From: a bacterium | Lineage (GTDB): Bacteria > Sysuimicrobiota > Sysuimicrobiia > Sysuimicrobiales > Humicultoraceae | Reading direction: 5' to 3' | DNA: 64,000 nucleotides | NCBI GenBank assembly: GCA_050695215.1 | Contig: JBOGSD010000068.1 | Span: 25,097-89,096 of the forward strand | Part shown: positions 47,301 through 55,651 of the stretch, piece by piece | How positions within the stretch are numbered: the first letter of the stretch is position 1 | Layout of the letters: each line of letters starts with the position of its first letter | Program-made: the position numbers and the translations under genes | The notes under the pieces: model-generated | Databases searched by the model: none | Told to the model about the DNA's origin: nothing | What the model saw: the letters and a program-made list of their open reading frames with translations, nothing else

Positions 47301-47867
47301 GAACTGCCGCCCAACCCTGGATGGCAGCAGATGGCGCTGATCTCCGGCGTGGTGGCGGCCAAGTTGGATGGGGATCAGGCCGGGCTGCACCGCACGCTCG
47401 ATCAGATCCTGGCTCTTCCATGGGACGTCTTCATCCCCGATGATGGCGAGATCGTCGGGCCGGTCGGGGAGGCGCTCTACACGGCCGGACGCATCGATGA
47501 CCTGCGGACGTTTGTGGCCGATCGCCGGCAGGGGGTTGAACGCTGGGGCGCGCCCCATCACCTGGCCAGCTTCGCCTTCCTCGAGGCGCTCCTGGAGTAC
47601 CACGACGGACGTCCCGAGGAAGCGGAGGCGAGGCTCCGCGAAGGCATCACGCGAGCGCGGTCGATTCAGAACGTCGCCCTGGAGCTGCACGGATATGAAC
47701 GGCTCTGGGGATGGTTCCGCCATCCAGAGGACGGCGCGACCCTGCGCGGGCTCCTCAGGTGGATGTTTGACTCGCTGCCAGACGATCTGCGCGCGATCGC
47801 CTCGGCGGGGCCCCGAGGAGCGATCCTCCGCCGGGAGGATGAACTCTCCTCCATCGAGGAGGGCTAG
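44361..47867 (+). CDS. Multidomain signalling protein: double Zn-ribbon, class III adenylate/guanylate cyclase, AAA/NB-ARC-type ATPase, TPR repeats (1168 aa)
   Basis: Paired CxxC ribbons (CWNC...CANCG...CPEC...CANCG). Cyclase motifs FADLADST...IGDEV. P-loop GQAGVGKS. C-terminal TPR-like helical repeats. Confidence 0.8.
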   Translation: MLTDTRPCWNCSQPNPPGARFCANCGKPQQEVCPECGAAVAEGARFCANCGIPLTSSADRPTGGGPVLTAEARKVVTVLFADLADSTPLTEQLDPDDARTVVGKFYTVVQHAVERFDGTVANLIGDEVLSVFGLPVTHEDDPKRAVRAGMAIRDAMPVLNEHLVQTHGVRLAVRIGVNTGEVVAASGSTFDRDFLIADAVTTGARIMQHVAPGAVVVGERTYRATSDAIEYHPLPPLTVKGKSAPLTVWTAVASLPEAPEARRMAAPLIGRHGELGLLRHLYQRSREDRLVQIVTIFGQAGVGKSRLLREFLAEVRDGDPMPLVLRGRGVAFGGQIGYHALLEILRVQAGLMDTDSPETVRRKLGEWLAGILPERADLLEHLLLTFGGVDGASPDPEHMRRALFDAWEELLTGLAAERPVIVALEDLHWADDGVLDLIGAMVERIAEAPLFVACLARPDLLDRRPTWGGGSRNAIAFDLKPLRPDETEALVLALGSGGLAPEMRRRVAQRAEGNPLFVEELLRMLMEGSGPGGAIPDSVQAVLTARIDRLPADERQTLQAASVLGRAFWPSAAGSLAGLDDGAVRSAIAGLIAKELVVARPRSAIAGELEYAFRHILTRDVAYGLLPKAQRQRAHAEAARWLERTLGERVEDVVDILGEHARAAGDDARAAGYLHRAANKARRLYANEDAVRLFEQALEAATRAGLDPLDVAEIIRDRGEVHQLRGSYPEALADFERALALVRQAGDRRLEAHLEQRVGFIHHRELRLAQAEEHFSRAVALAREVGDRSTLGLALLDLANVGWDRGEAVLDDSRLPEGIALLRQTGDLSGVARGLNLLAMGHFSAANGTEAITAVEEAFAAARQGGDKSKEATSLSYLSVIHAYWGRYPEALRYGEEAYALAESIGDRRRMGFAVSFIAPVLRALGRWGEAIRRSEEIVQMLRASAKIHLPFALMYLAQAMYEIGDIQRTRALLAEALQLELPPNPGWQQMALISGVVAAKLDGDQAGLHRTLDQILALPWDVFIPDDGEIVGPVGEALYTAGRIDDLRTFVADRRQGVERWGAPHHLASFAFLEALLEYHDGRPEEAEARLREGITRARSIQNVALELHGYERLWGWFRHPEDGATLRGLLRWMFDSLPDDLRAIASAGPRGAILRREDELSSIEEG

Positions 47868-48115
47868 ACCTCTCCGATCCACTCCTCGGCCGGCGGCAGC
47901 CCTACCCGCTGCGGCCGGCGATCTCGGGCAGGACGCAGCCGCATCAGCCCCTCTACCTCGCGCAGCAGGTAGAGCCGCTCCCGCCGCTTGCCCTGGCGGT
48001 AACTGTGCAGCACGCCCCGGCTGACGTACGCATACAACGTCTGGGGCTTCACGCCGAGGGCGGCGCACACTTCGGCTCGGGTCAGAAAGGGTTGCTCTTC
48101 AATCCAGACGACCAT
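47864..48115 (-). CDS. Small HTH DNA-binding protein, excisionase/MerR-like family (84 aa)
   Basis: LTRAEVCAALGVKPQTLYAYVSRG helix-turn-helix. ATG lies 2 nt after the citrate synthase stop. Confidence 0.5.
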   Translation of the reverse strand: MVVWIEEQPFLTRAEVCAALGVKPQTLYAYVSRGVLHSYRQGKRRERLYLLREVEGLMRLRPARDRRPQRVGLPPAEEWIGEV

Positions 48116-48117
48116 CG

Positions 48118-49305
48118 CTAGGCGGAGGCTCTCGCGGCGCCGTCGGGGCCGCGGGCGGCCAGCGGCACGAAGGGGCGCGGCGCCGGGCCGAGATAGGCGG
48201 CGCGCGGGCGGATCAGCCGTCCGCCGTACTGCTCCATGATGTGGGCGCACCAGCCGGCCACGCGCGCCACCGCGAAGATCGAGGTGCAGAGGTCGATCGG
48301 GATGGCCAGGGCCCGGTAGATCACGGCCGAGAAGAAGTCCACGTTCACCGGCAGGTCGGTGTGCGCCTTCATCACGCGATAGACCGACTCCGCGGTGTCC
48401 GCCAGGGCGCCGACCCCGGCCTCTTCCGCCAGGCGGCGGCCGATCGTCCGCAGGTGCGCCGCCCGCGGATCATCCACTGTGTAGACGGGATGACCCCATC
48501 CGGGGATGCGGGCGGCAGGGTCGGCGCGTTCGGCCCGGCTCATCCGCTCCCGCGCCGCCAGGCGGGCGCCGATGTAGCCCTCTGCCCGCTCCGGCGCGCC
48601 GATGGCCTCCAGCATCGCCAGCACGTCTTCGTTGGCGCCCCCGTGGCGCGGCCCTTTCAGCGCCGCCAGCGCGGCCGTGACGGCGGCGTGCACGTCGGAG
48701 AACGTGGCGGTCACCACCCGAGCCGCGAAAGTGGAGGCGTTCAGTTCATGCTCGGCGTGCAGGACCAGCAGCGCGTCCATCGCCGCCGCCGCGTTGGACT
48801 GCGGCGGGAGGCCGTCCAGCAGGTGCAGGAAGTTCTCCGCATGGGAGAGGGCGGGATCGAGAGGCACGACGCTCCGCCCTTCACGGATCCGCCGCCAGGC
48901 CGCCACCGCCGTCGCCACTTGGGCCGTCAGGCGCACACACTTCCGTCTCACCGCCTCCTCCGCGGTCACCCGCCCATCCGGATCGTGCATGGAGAGGTGG
49001 GAAACCGCGGTGCGGAGCGCCTCTAGCGGGTGAGCCGCGCGGGGGTAGGCTTCCATCGCGTTGATGACCTCGGGGGGCAACGCCCGGACCGAGGCCATCT
49101 GCCCTCGGAGGGTGCGCAGCGCTCGTTCTCCCGGGAGGTCCCCGTCCCAGAGGAGGGCGATCACCTCTTCGAAGGAGGCGCGCCCGGCCAGCTCTCCGAT
49201 GTCGTAGCCGCGGAAACGCAACCGTCCCAGGCCCCCATCCACCTGGCAAATCGTACTCTCCACGGCGATGACGTCCCTGAGGCCCTGCTCGAATCCCCCA
49301 CTCAT
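48118..49305 (-). CDS. Citrate synthase (small type; possibly 2-methylcitrate synthase)
   Basis: GPRHGGANE and GWGHPVY...D citrate synthase catalytic motifs. Confidence 0.85.
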   Translation of the reverse strand: MSGGFEQGLRDVIAVESTICQVDGGLGRLRFRGYDIGELAGRASFEEVIALLWDGDLPGERALRTLRGQMASVRALPPEVINAMEAYPRAAHPLEALRTAVSHLSMHDPDGRVTAEEAVRRKCVRLTAQVATAVAAWRRIREGRSVVPLDPALSHAENFLHLLDGLPPQSNAAAAMDALLVLHAEHELNASTFAARVVTATFSDVHAAVTAALAALKGPRHGGANEDVLAMLEAIGAPERAEGYIGARLAARERMSRAERADPAARIPGWGHPVYTVDDPRAAHLRTIGRRLAEEAGVGALADTAESVYRVMKAHTDLPVNVDFFSAVIYRALAIPIDLCTSIFAVARVAGWCAHIMEQYGGRLIRPRAAYLGPAPRPFVPLAARGPDGAARASA

Positions 49306-49328
49306 CCGCGCCCTCTCCCCGCCAAACC

Positions 49329-49368
49329 GAATATGTTGATGTATATTGATTCTGATTGATTACTGGAA
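49329..49368. promoter_or_regulatory. AT-rich island with three (A/G)TTGAT repeats at 10-bp phasing
   Basis: ATATGTTGATGTATATTGATTCTGATTGATTACTGG sits between the citrate synthase start and the amidohydrolase stop. It is a local AT spike in a GC-rich genome. Confidence 0.35.
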
Positions 49369-49406
49369 TCCCTCCTTCTGACCGCAGGATTCCTCTCCGA
49401 GTCGGA

Positions 49407-50648
49407 TTATCGGCGCTCTACCGCATAAATGTGGGTCTGCCCCTGCGTTTCCGCAGCGAGTCGACCGTGGCTGATCACATACAGCGGCGGTGCGTGCCGC
49501 GCGAGGACCTCCTGCACCGTTTCTCCCTGGAGCACCACGAGATGGCCCCCCTTCCCCACGGCCAGCCCGTAGTCGTCCAGGCGAAGGACGCGCCCACCCT
49601 GGACCGTGACCATGTCCAGTAGGGTGTCCATCTCTGAGGCGGTGGTCCAGCCGAGCAGATGGGAGGCGAGGAAGGCCACTTCGAGCAGGTTGTGCTCCCC
49701 GTAGGGGTAGTAGGCGTCGGCGATATCGTCCTGGCCCAGGGCGACGGGCAGGCCCGCCGCCAGGAGGTCGGCCGCGCGGAGATGCAGCGGGCCGGTGTGC
49801 GGGGCGGTGACGAAGCCCATCTGCGCCCGGCGGGCCAGCTCGATGAGGCGGCGCAGCGCAGGCTCGGGAGAGAGCGCCATGGCCCGGGCGTGGCAGGCGA
49901 TGACGCGGCCGGTCCATCCCTCTCGGATCGCCGCCGCCGCGAGCATCTCCGTGGTGCGCAGTCCCGGGTCCCCGGCGTCGTCGGTGAGCATGGCGACGTC
50001 GCGGTCGAAGGTGCGGGCCAGGGCGAGCATCCGGTCGATGTGCGCGGTCTGCGCGCGGTCGCTCTCCTCGATCCACGGGATTCCCCCGACCACGTCGGCC
50101 CCCAGCTCGAGGGCCGCGCGGACGTAGGCTTCGGCCCCCTCGTCGCGTACCACGCCGTCCTGCGGAAAGGCGACGACGCGCACCTCCACGACGCCCCGCC
50201 ACTCCTCACGCAGACGCAACAGCGCCTTGATGCCCTCCAGCCGCGCGCGGGTATCCGTGTCGGCAAACGCCAGCAGGTGGGTGACCCCATGCTTCAGCCC
50301 GTCGGTGAGCACTCGCGTCGCGTTGGCATGAATCCAGGACTCCTCGTAGTGATCCTTGACGCGGGCGGCGAGATCGATGGCCGCCGCCGCCCCGCGCATC
50401 TGCGCTCCCGCGTACCGCTGCAGCGCCTCTTCTCCGGCCAGCCCGCTCGTGTAGACCTTGTCCAGATGCAGATGGGCGTTGACGAACGAAGGGGTGACCA
50501 GATTGCCGCCGGCGTCGAGGACCCTCTCCCCCGCCAGCGGCCCCGGCCCGAGCGCGGCGATGCGTCCTCCCTCGATGCCGATCGAGACGGACGCCCCGCC
50601 CCCGCGCAGGCGCGCGTTGGCGACCACCAGGTCGAAGGGGCCGTCCAC
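49407..50648 (-). CDS. Amidohydrolase-superfamily deaminase (cytosine deaminase / AtzC-like)
   Basis: HLHLDK metal-binding motif near the N-terminus plus downstream His/Asp ligands. Confidence 0.75.
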   Translation of the reverse strand: MDGPFDLVVANARLRGGGASVSIGIEGGRIAALGPGPLAGERVLDAGGNLVTPSFVNAHLHLDKVYTSGLAGEEALQRYAGAQMRGAAAAIDLAARVKDHYEESWIHANATRVLTDGLKHGVTHLLAFADTDTRARLEGIKALLRLREEWRGVVEVRVVAFPQDGVVRDEGAEAYVRAALELGADVVGGIPWIEESDRAQTAHIDRMLALARTFDRDVAMLTDDAGDPGLRTTEMLAAAAIREGWTGRVIACHARAMALSPEPALRRLIELARRAQMGFVTAPHTGPLHLRAADLLAAGLPVALGQDDIADAYYPYGEHNLLEVAFLASHLLGWTTASEMDTLLDMVTVQGGRVLRLDDYGLAVGKGGHLVVLQGETVQEVLARHAPPLYVISHGRLAAETQGQTHIYAVERR

Positions 50649-50654
50649 GGGCGG

Positions 50655-51626
50655 TTAGTCTTCTTCTTTGGAGTACGGGATGCCGTCGGCCGCAGGCATC
50701 TGGGCGCGGCGGACAAAGCCCGCCAGCACCAGGATCGTGGCGATGTGCGGCAGGACGGTGATGAACTGGTAGGGGACGCGCAGGTTGACCACGCGCAGGC
50801 TGAAGGCGTCGAAGTAGCCGAAGAGCGCGGAGGCCCCCAGCGCTCCCAGCGGCCACCAGTTGCCGAAGATCATCGCCGCCAGGGCGATGAAGCCGCGCCC
50901 CTGGGTCATCCCCTCCAGGTAGCCTCGCCCCTGCTCAATCGCCAGGTAGCCGCCGGCGAGACCGGCCAGGGCGCCGCTGATCAGCACGCCGAGGTAGCGC
51001 ATCAGGATGACGTTGACCCCCAGGGTGTCCGCGGCGAGGGGGTGCTCGCCGACCGCGCGCAGCCGCAGACCGAAGCGGGTGCGCCGCAGGACCCACTGGC
51101 CCACGATGACCAGCAGGATGGCAGACGGGATCACCGGGGAGGTGCCGGTCACCAGCGGAGCGAGGCCCGGGATGCGGTCGAGGAGCGGGATGTCGATCGC
51201 CGTGAAGCCGCCAATCCCCGGCGACTGGGTGGCCACACGGAAAAAGATGATGTTCAAAAAGCGGGCCAGCCCCGCCGCCAGCAGGTTGATGGTCACGCCG
51301 CTGATGATTTGGTCGACGCGGAAGGTGATGGTGACCAGGGCGTGCAGCAGCGCGAACAACGCCCCCATCAGCATCGCCGCCAGCATGCCGGCGAGCGGCG
51401 CTACGTTGGGGGCGGCCTCCGCGAGCTGGGGGAACCCCTGCGCCACGAAGTGGGTGACCGCGGCCCCCCAGAAGGTGCCCATGATCATCATGCCTTCCAG
51501 ACCGATGTTGACCACCCCGCCGCGTTCGGAGAAGACCGCGCCCAGGGCGGCCAGGAGGATCGGGATGGTGAGGCGGATGGCCGAGGCCAGCAACGCCGCG
51601 CTGACGAGGGTCTGGAGCAGCTCCAC
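50655..51626 (-). CDS. ABC transporter permease (nucleoside/BMP-type, NupQ/YufQ-like)
   Basis: Multi-TM BPD_transp_2-like permease sequence. Confidence 0.8.
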   Translation of the reverse strand: MELLQTLVSAALLASAIRLTIPILLAALGAVFSERGGVVNIGLEGMMIMGTFWGAAVTHFVAQGFPQLAEAAPNVAPLAGMLAAMLMGALFALLHALVTITFRVDQIISGVTINLLAAGLARFLNIIFFRVATQSPGIGGFTAIDIPLLDRIPGLAPLVTGTSPVIPSAILLVIVGQWVLRRTRFGLRLRAVGEHPLAADTLGVNVILMRYLGVLISGALAGLAGGYLAIEQGRGYLEGMTQGRGFIALAAMIFGNWWPLGALGASALFGYFDAFSLRVVNLRVPYQFITVLPHIATILVLAGFVRRAQMPAADGIPYSKEED

Positions 51627-52778
51627 CTACTCCCTCCCCTCGCCCGTCCCCGCCAGGGCCGCGGTGAGCGGCGGGCTGATCTGGGCTTCCCGCTTGCGCT
51701 GGGCGCGGACATAGCGCGTCAGCAATTCGTACCCGACAACGATCGCCAGGATGATCAACCCCTGCAGGATGGTGATGACCTCGCGGGGGGCGCCGGCGAA
51801 GACCTGCACCCCCTGCGCGCCGCGGTCCAGAAAGGCGATGAAGAGCGCAGCCCCCACCACCCCCAGGGGGTTGTTCTTAGCCAGCAGGGCGATGGAGATG
51901 CCCAGGAAGCCGTACCCCTTGGGGAAGTCGATGTCGAAGTAGCCGAAGAAGGCGAGAGTGTCGGCGAGCCCGACCAGTCCGGCGACGCCCCCGCTGAGCA
52001 GGAAAATGAGGAACTGCACGCGCTGCGTGGAGATGCCCGCCGCTTCCGCCGCCCCCGGATTGTGGGCCACCGCGCGCACCTCATACCCGAAGCGCCAACG
52101 GCGCAGCACCCACCAGAAGAAGATGCAGAGGACCATCCCCACTGGCAGGAACCAGTTCAGCCGGGAGGAGCCGGGGATGTCCAACCCGATCGCCGTCAGC
52201 GCCGGATGGAGCAGCGGCATCAGGGCGCTGGGGAGAATGTCGGGGGTGCGCACGCGCGGGGTCCCCGCCTGCGCCGGATCGCGCAGCAGGCCCGGTTCGA
52301 GCAAATAGAGGACGAGGGCGCCCGCGATCGCGTTCATCATGATCGTGGTGATGACCTCGTGCGCCCCCCGCCGCAACTTGAGGACGATCGGCAGCAGCGC
52401 CCAGAGCATCCCCGCCAGGACGCCCGTGAGAATCGTCAGCGGCAGGTGGACGACGCGGGGCAGGCCGCCCACCGCAAACCCAACGAAGGCGGCGGCGACG
52501 GCGCCTACGTAGTATTGGCCCTCCACCCCGATGTTGAAGAGGTTGGCGCGGAAGGCCAGCGCGGTCGCCAGCCCGGCCAGGATCAGCGGCGTCGCCCGGT
52601 AGAAGATGGCGGCGATGCTGTCGATGCGCCCCAGGTTGAAGCGCACCATCAGCGGGTAGATGTGCAGGGGGTCCTCGCCGATCGCCAGCAGGATCACCGA
52701 CCCGGCCAAGGCGCCGAAGAGGATGGCCAGCGCCAGGGCGGCGGCCTGCAGGAAGAAGAAACGGGCCCCCGAGCTCAT
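51627..52778 (-). CDS. ABC transporter permease (NupP/YufP-like)
   Basis: Multi-TM permease abutting the second permease and overlapping the ATPase gene. Confidence 0.8.
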   Translation of the reverse strand: MSSGARFFFLQAAALALAILFGALAGSVILLAIGEDPLHIYPLMVRFNLGRIDSIAAIFYRATPLILAGLATALAFRANLFNIGVEGQYYVGAVAAAFVGFAVGGLPRVVHLPLTILTGVLAGMLWALLPIVLKLRRGAHEVITTIMMNAIAGALVLYLLEPGLLRDPAQAGTPRVRTPDILPSALMPLLHPALTAIGLDIPGSSRLNWFLPVGMVLCIFFWWVLRRWRFGYEVRAVAHNPGAAEAAGISTQRVQFLIFLLSGGVAGLVGLADTLAFFGYFDIDFPKGYGFLGISIALLAKNNPLGVVGAALFIAFLDRGAQGVQVFAGAPREVITILQGLIILAIVVGYELLTRYVRAQRKREAQISPPLTAALAGTGEGRE

Positions 52779-54313
52779 CCCGCCCGCTGCCCGGTGTCCC
52801 GCTTCGTCCCCGTCATGTACAGGCCCAGCTCCTGGGGCGTCACCTCGCCGGGAGAACGTTCGGCGACGAGTTCGCCACGGTACATCACCCCAATGCGGTC
52901 GGAGAGGGAGAGGATCTCGTCCAGATCCGCCGAGACCAGGAGGACCGCCATGCCCGCCGCCTTCGCCTCCATCAACTGGCGCCAGACGAACTCCGTGGCC
53001 CCGACGTCCAGCCCGCGGGTGGGGTGCGCCGCCAGCAGCACGCCCGGGGCGAAGGCAAACTCCCGCGCCACGATGACCTTCTGCTGGTTGCCGCCCGAGA
53101 GCGCCAGGGCGGGGGTGGTCGTGGCGGGGGAGCGGATGTCGTAGTCGCGGATGCGCTCCCGGGCGAACGCCTCAATCTGCGACAGATCGAGGAGGGGGCC
53201 GTTCGTGAAGAGCCCGCGGTGGTGATGACCAAGGATGAGATTCTCCCGTACCTGCATCGGCAGGACCAGCCCGCGGCGCTGCCGGTCCTCCGGGATGTGG
53301 GCCAGCCCGCGCAGCCGCACGCGGCCGGCGCTGGCCCGAGTCACGTCGTCGCCGTCCACGTGTACCGCGCCGGAGGCGACGGCGCGCAGCCCGACGATGG
53401 CTTCGACCAGCTCGGTCTGCCCGTTTCCCTGGACGCCGGCGATGCCGTAGATCTCTCCACGGCGGACGACCAGGGTAACGCCGCGCACCACCGGGCGGCC
53501 GTGGGCACCGCGTACGGCCAGCCCGTCGACGGCCAACCGGACCTCGCCCGGCGTGATGTCCGGCCGTGCGACCTGCAGCAGCACGGGGCGGCCTACCATC
53601 ATCTCGGCGAGCTGTCCCTTCGTGGTGTCCGCCGACGCCACCGTGCCCACCACCCGGCCGCGCCGCAGCACCGTGACCCGGTCGGCGATGGCCAGGACCT
53701 CGTCCAGGATGTGGCTGATGAAGATGATCGTCTTGCCCTGGTCGCGCAGACGGCGCAGGTTGGCGAAGAGTTCCTCCACTTCCTGGGGGACCAGCACCGC
53801 GGTCGGCTCGTCCAGGACGAGCAGTTCCGCTCCCCGGTAGAGCACCTTGATGATCTCCACGCGCTGCTGTTCGCCGACGGACAAGTTGGCGACGAGGTCG
53901 CGGGGACTGAGGGCGAACTCGTATTGTTTGGTCAGGGCCTCGATCTGTTCCATCGCCCGGCCGGTGGCCAGGCGGCCCCCGCGCGTGGGCTCGCTCCCCA
54001 GGATGACGTTTTCGGCGACGGTGAACACGGGGATGAGCATGAAGTGTTGGTGCACCATCCCGATCCCCAGCTCGAGGGCGCGGCGCGGTCCGTCGATGCG
54101 TACCGGCGCCCCTCGCACCACGATCTCCCCCTCGTCCGGCTGGTAGAGGCCGTAGAGGATCTTCATCAGCGTGGACTTGCCCGCCCCGTTTTCCCCCACC
54201 AGGGCGTGGATCTCCCCCGTGTGGACGGTGAGAGCGATGTGGTCGTTGGCGACGACGCCGGGGAACCGCTTGCTGATGTCCCGCAGTTCGAGAAAGAGGT
54301 CGGGGGAGGCCAT
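52775..54313 (-). CDS. ABC transporter ATP-binding protein with two fused ATPase domains
   Basis: Two Walker A motifs (GENGAGKST; GVQGNGQTE) and two LSGG-type signatures (LSVGEQQ, LSGGNQQ). Start at ATG 54313 with a GGAGG RBS. Confidence 0.8.
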   Translation of the reverse strand: MASPDLFLELRDISKRFPGVVANDHIALTVHTGEIHALVGENGAGKSTLMKILYGLYQPDEGEIVVRGAPVRIDGPRRALELGIGMVHQHFMLIPVFTVAENVILGSEPTRGGRLATGRAMEQIEALTKQYEFALSPRDLVANLSVGEQQRVEIIKVLYRGAELLVLDEPTAVLVPQEVEELFANLRRLRDQGKTIIFISHILDEVLAIADRVTVLRRGRVVGTVASADTTKGQLAEMMVGRPVLLQVARPDITPGEVRLAVDGLAVRGAHGRPVVRGVTLVVRRGEIYGIAGVQGNGQTELVEAIVGLRAVASGAVHVDGDDVTRASAGRVRLRGLAHIPEDRQRRGLVLPMQVRENLILGHHHRGLFTNGPLLDLSQIEAFARERIRDYDIRSPATTTPALALSGGNQQKVIVAREFAFAPGVLLAAHPTRGLDVGATEFVWRQLMEAKAAGMAVLLVSADLDEILSLSDRIGVMYRGELVAERSPGEVTPQELGLYMTGTKRDTGQRAG

Positions 54314-54404
54314 CGGCCTCCGAAGCATTCGCCGGGGCGTCCGACCTTCCCCCTCCAAGTCGCCGGAGGCGGGGAACACCTCCGGCACCCCCGCACCCCC
54401 GGCG

Positions 54405-54444
54405 ATTCAAACAGCAGGCCCGGGGGAATCGCTCCCCCCGGGCC
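54405..54444 (-). terminator. Candidate intrinsic terminator/attenuator after the substrate-binding-protein gene
   Basis: GC hairpin CCCGGGGGGAGCGAUUCCCCCGGG followed by a U-rich tract (CCUGCUGUUUGAAU) on the minus strand, between the binding-protein stop and the ATPase start. Confidence 0.4.
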
Positions 54445-54468
54445 GCTTCCGCACGCGGGTGCGCGTCG

Positions 54469-55530
<1,062 letters not shown>

Positions 55531-55651
55531 GCCTGCACCCCCTAGATAATCGCCGGATCTCCCCGGCGTGGTATGAGGTCTCTCCCCCGGAAGGCTGTAC
55601 GGAGTATTCGCGGCCCGGCCGCGCTCCCTCCTCCAACCCCACCGATTGTGT

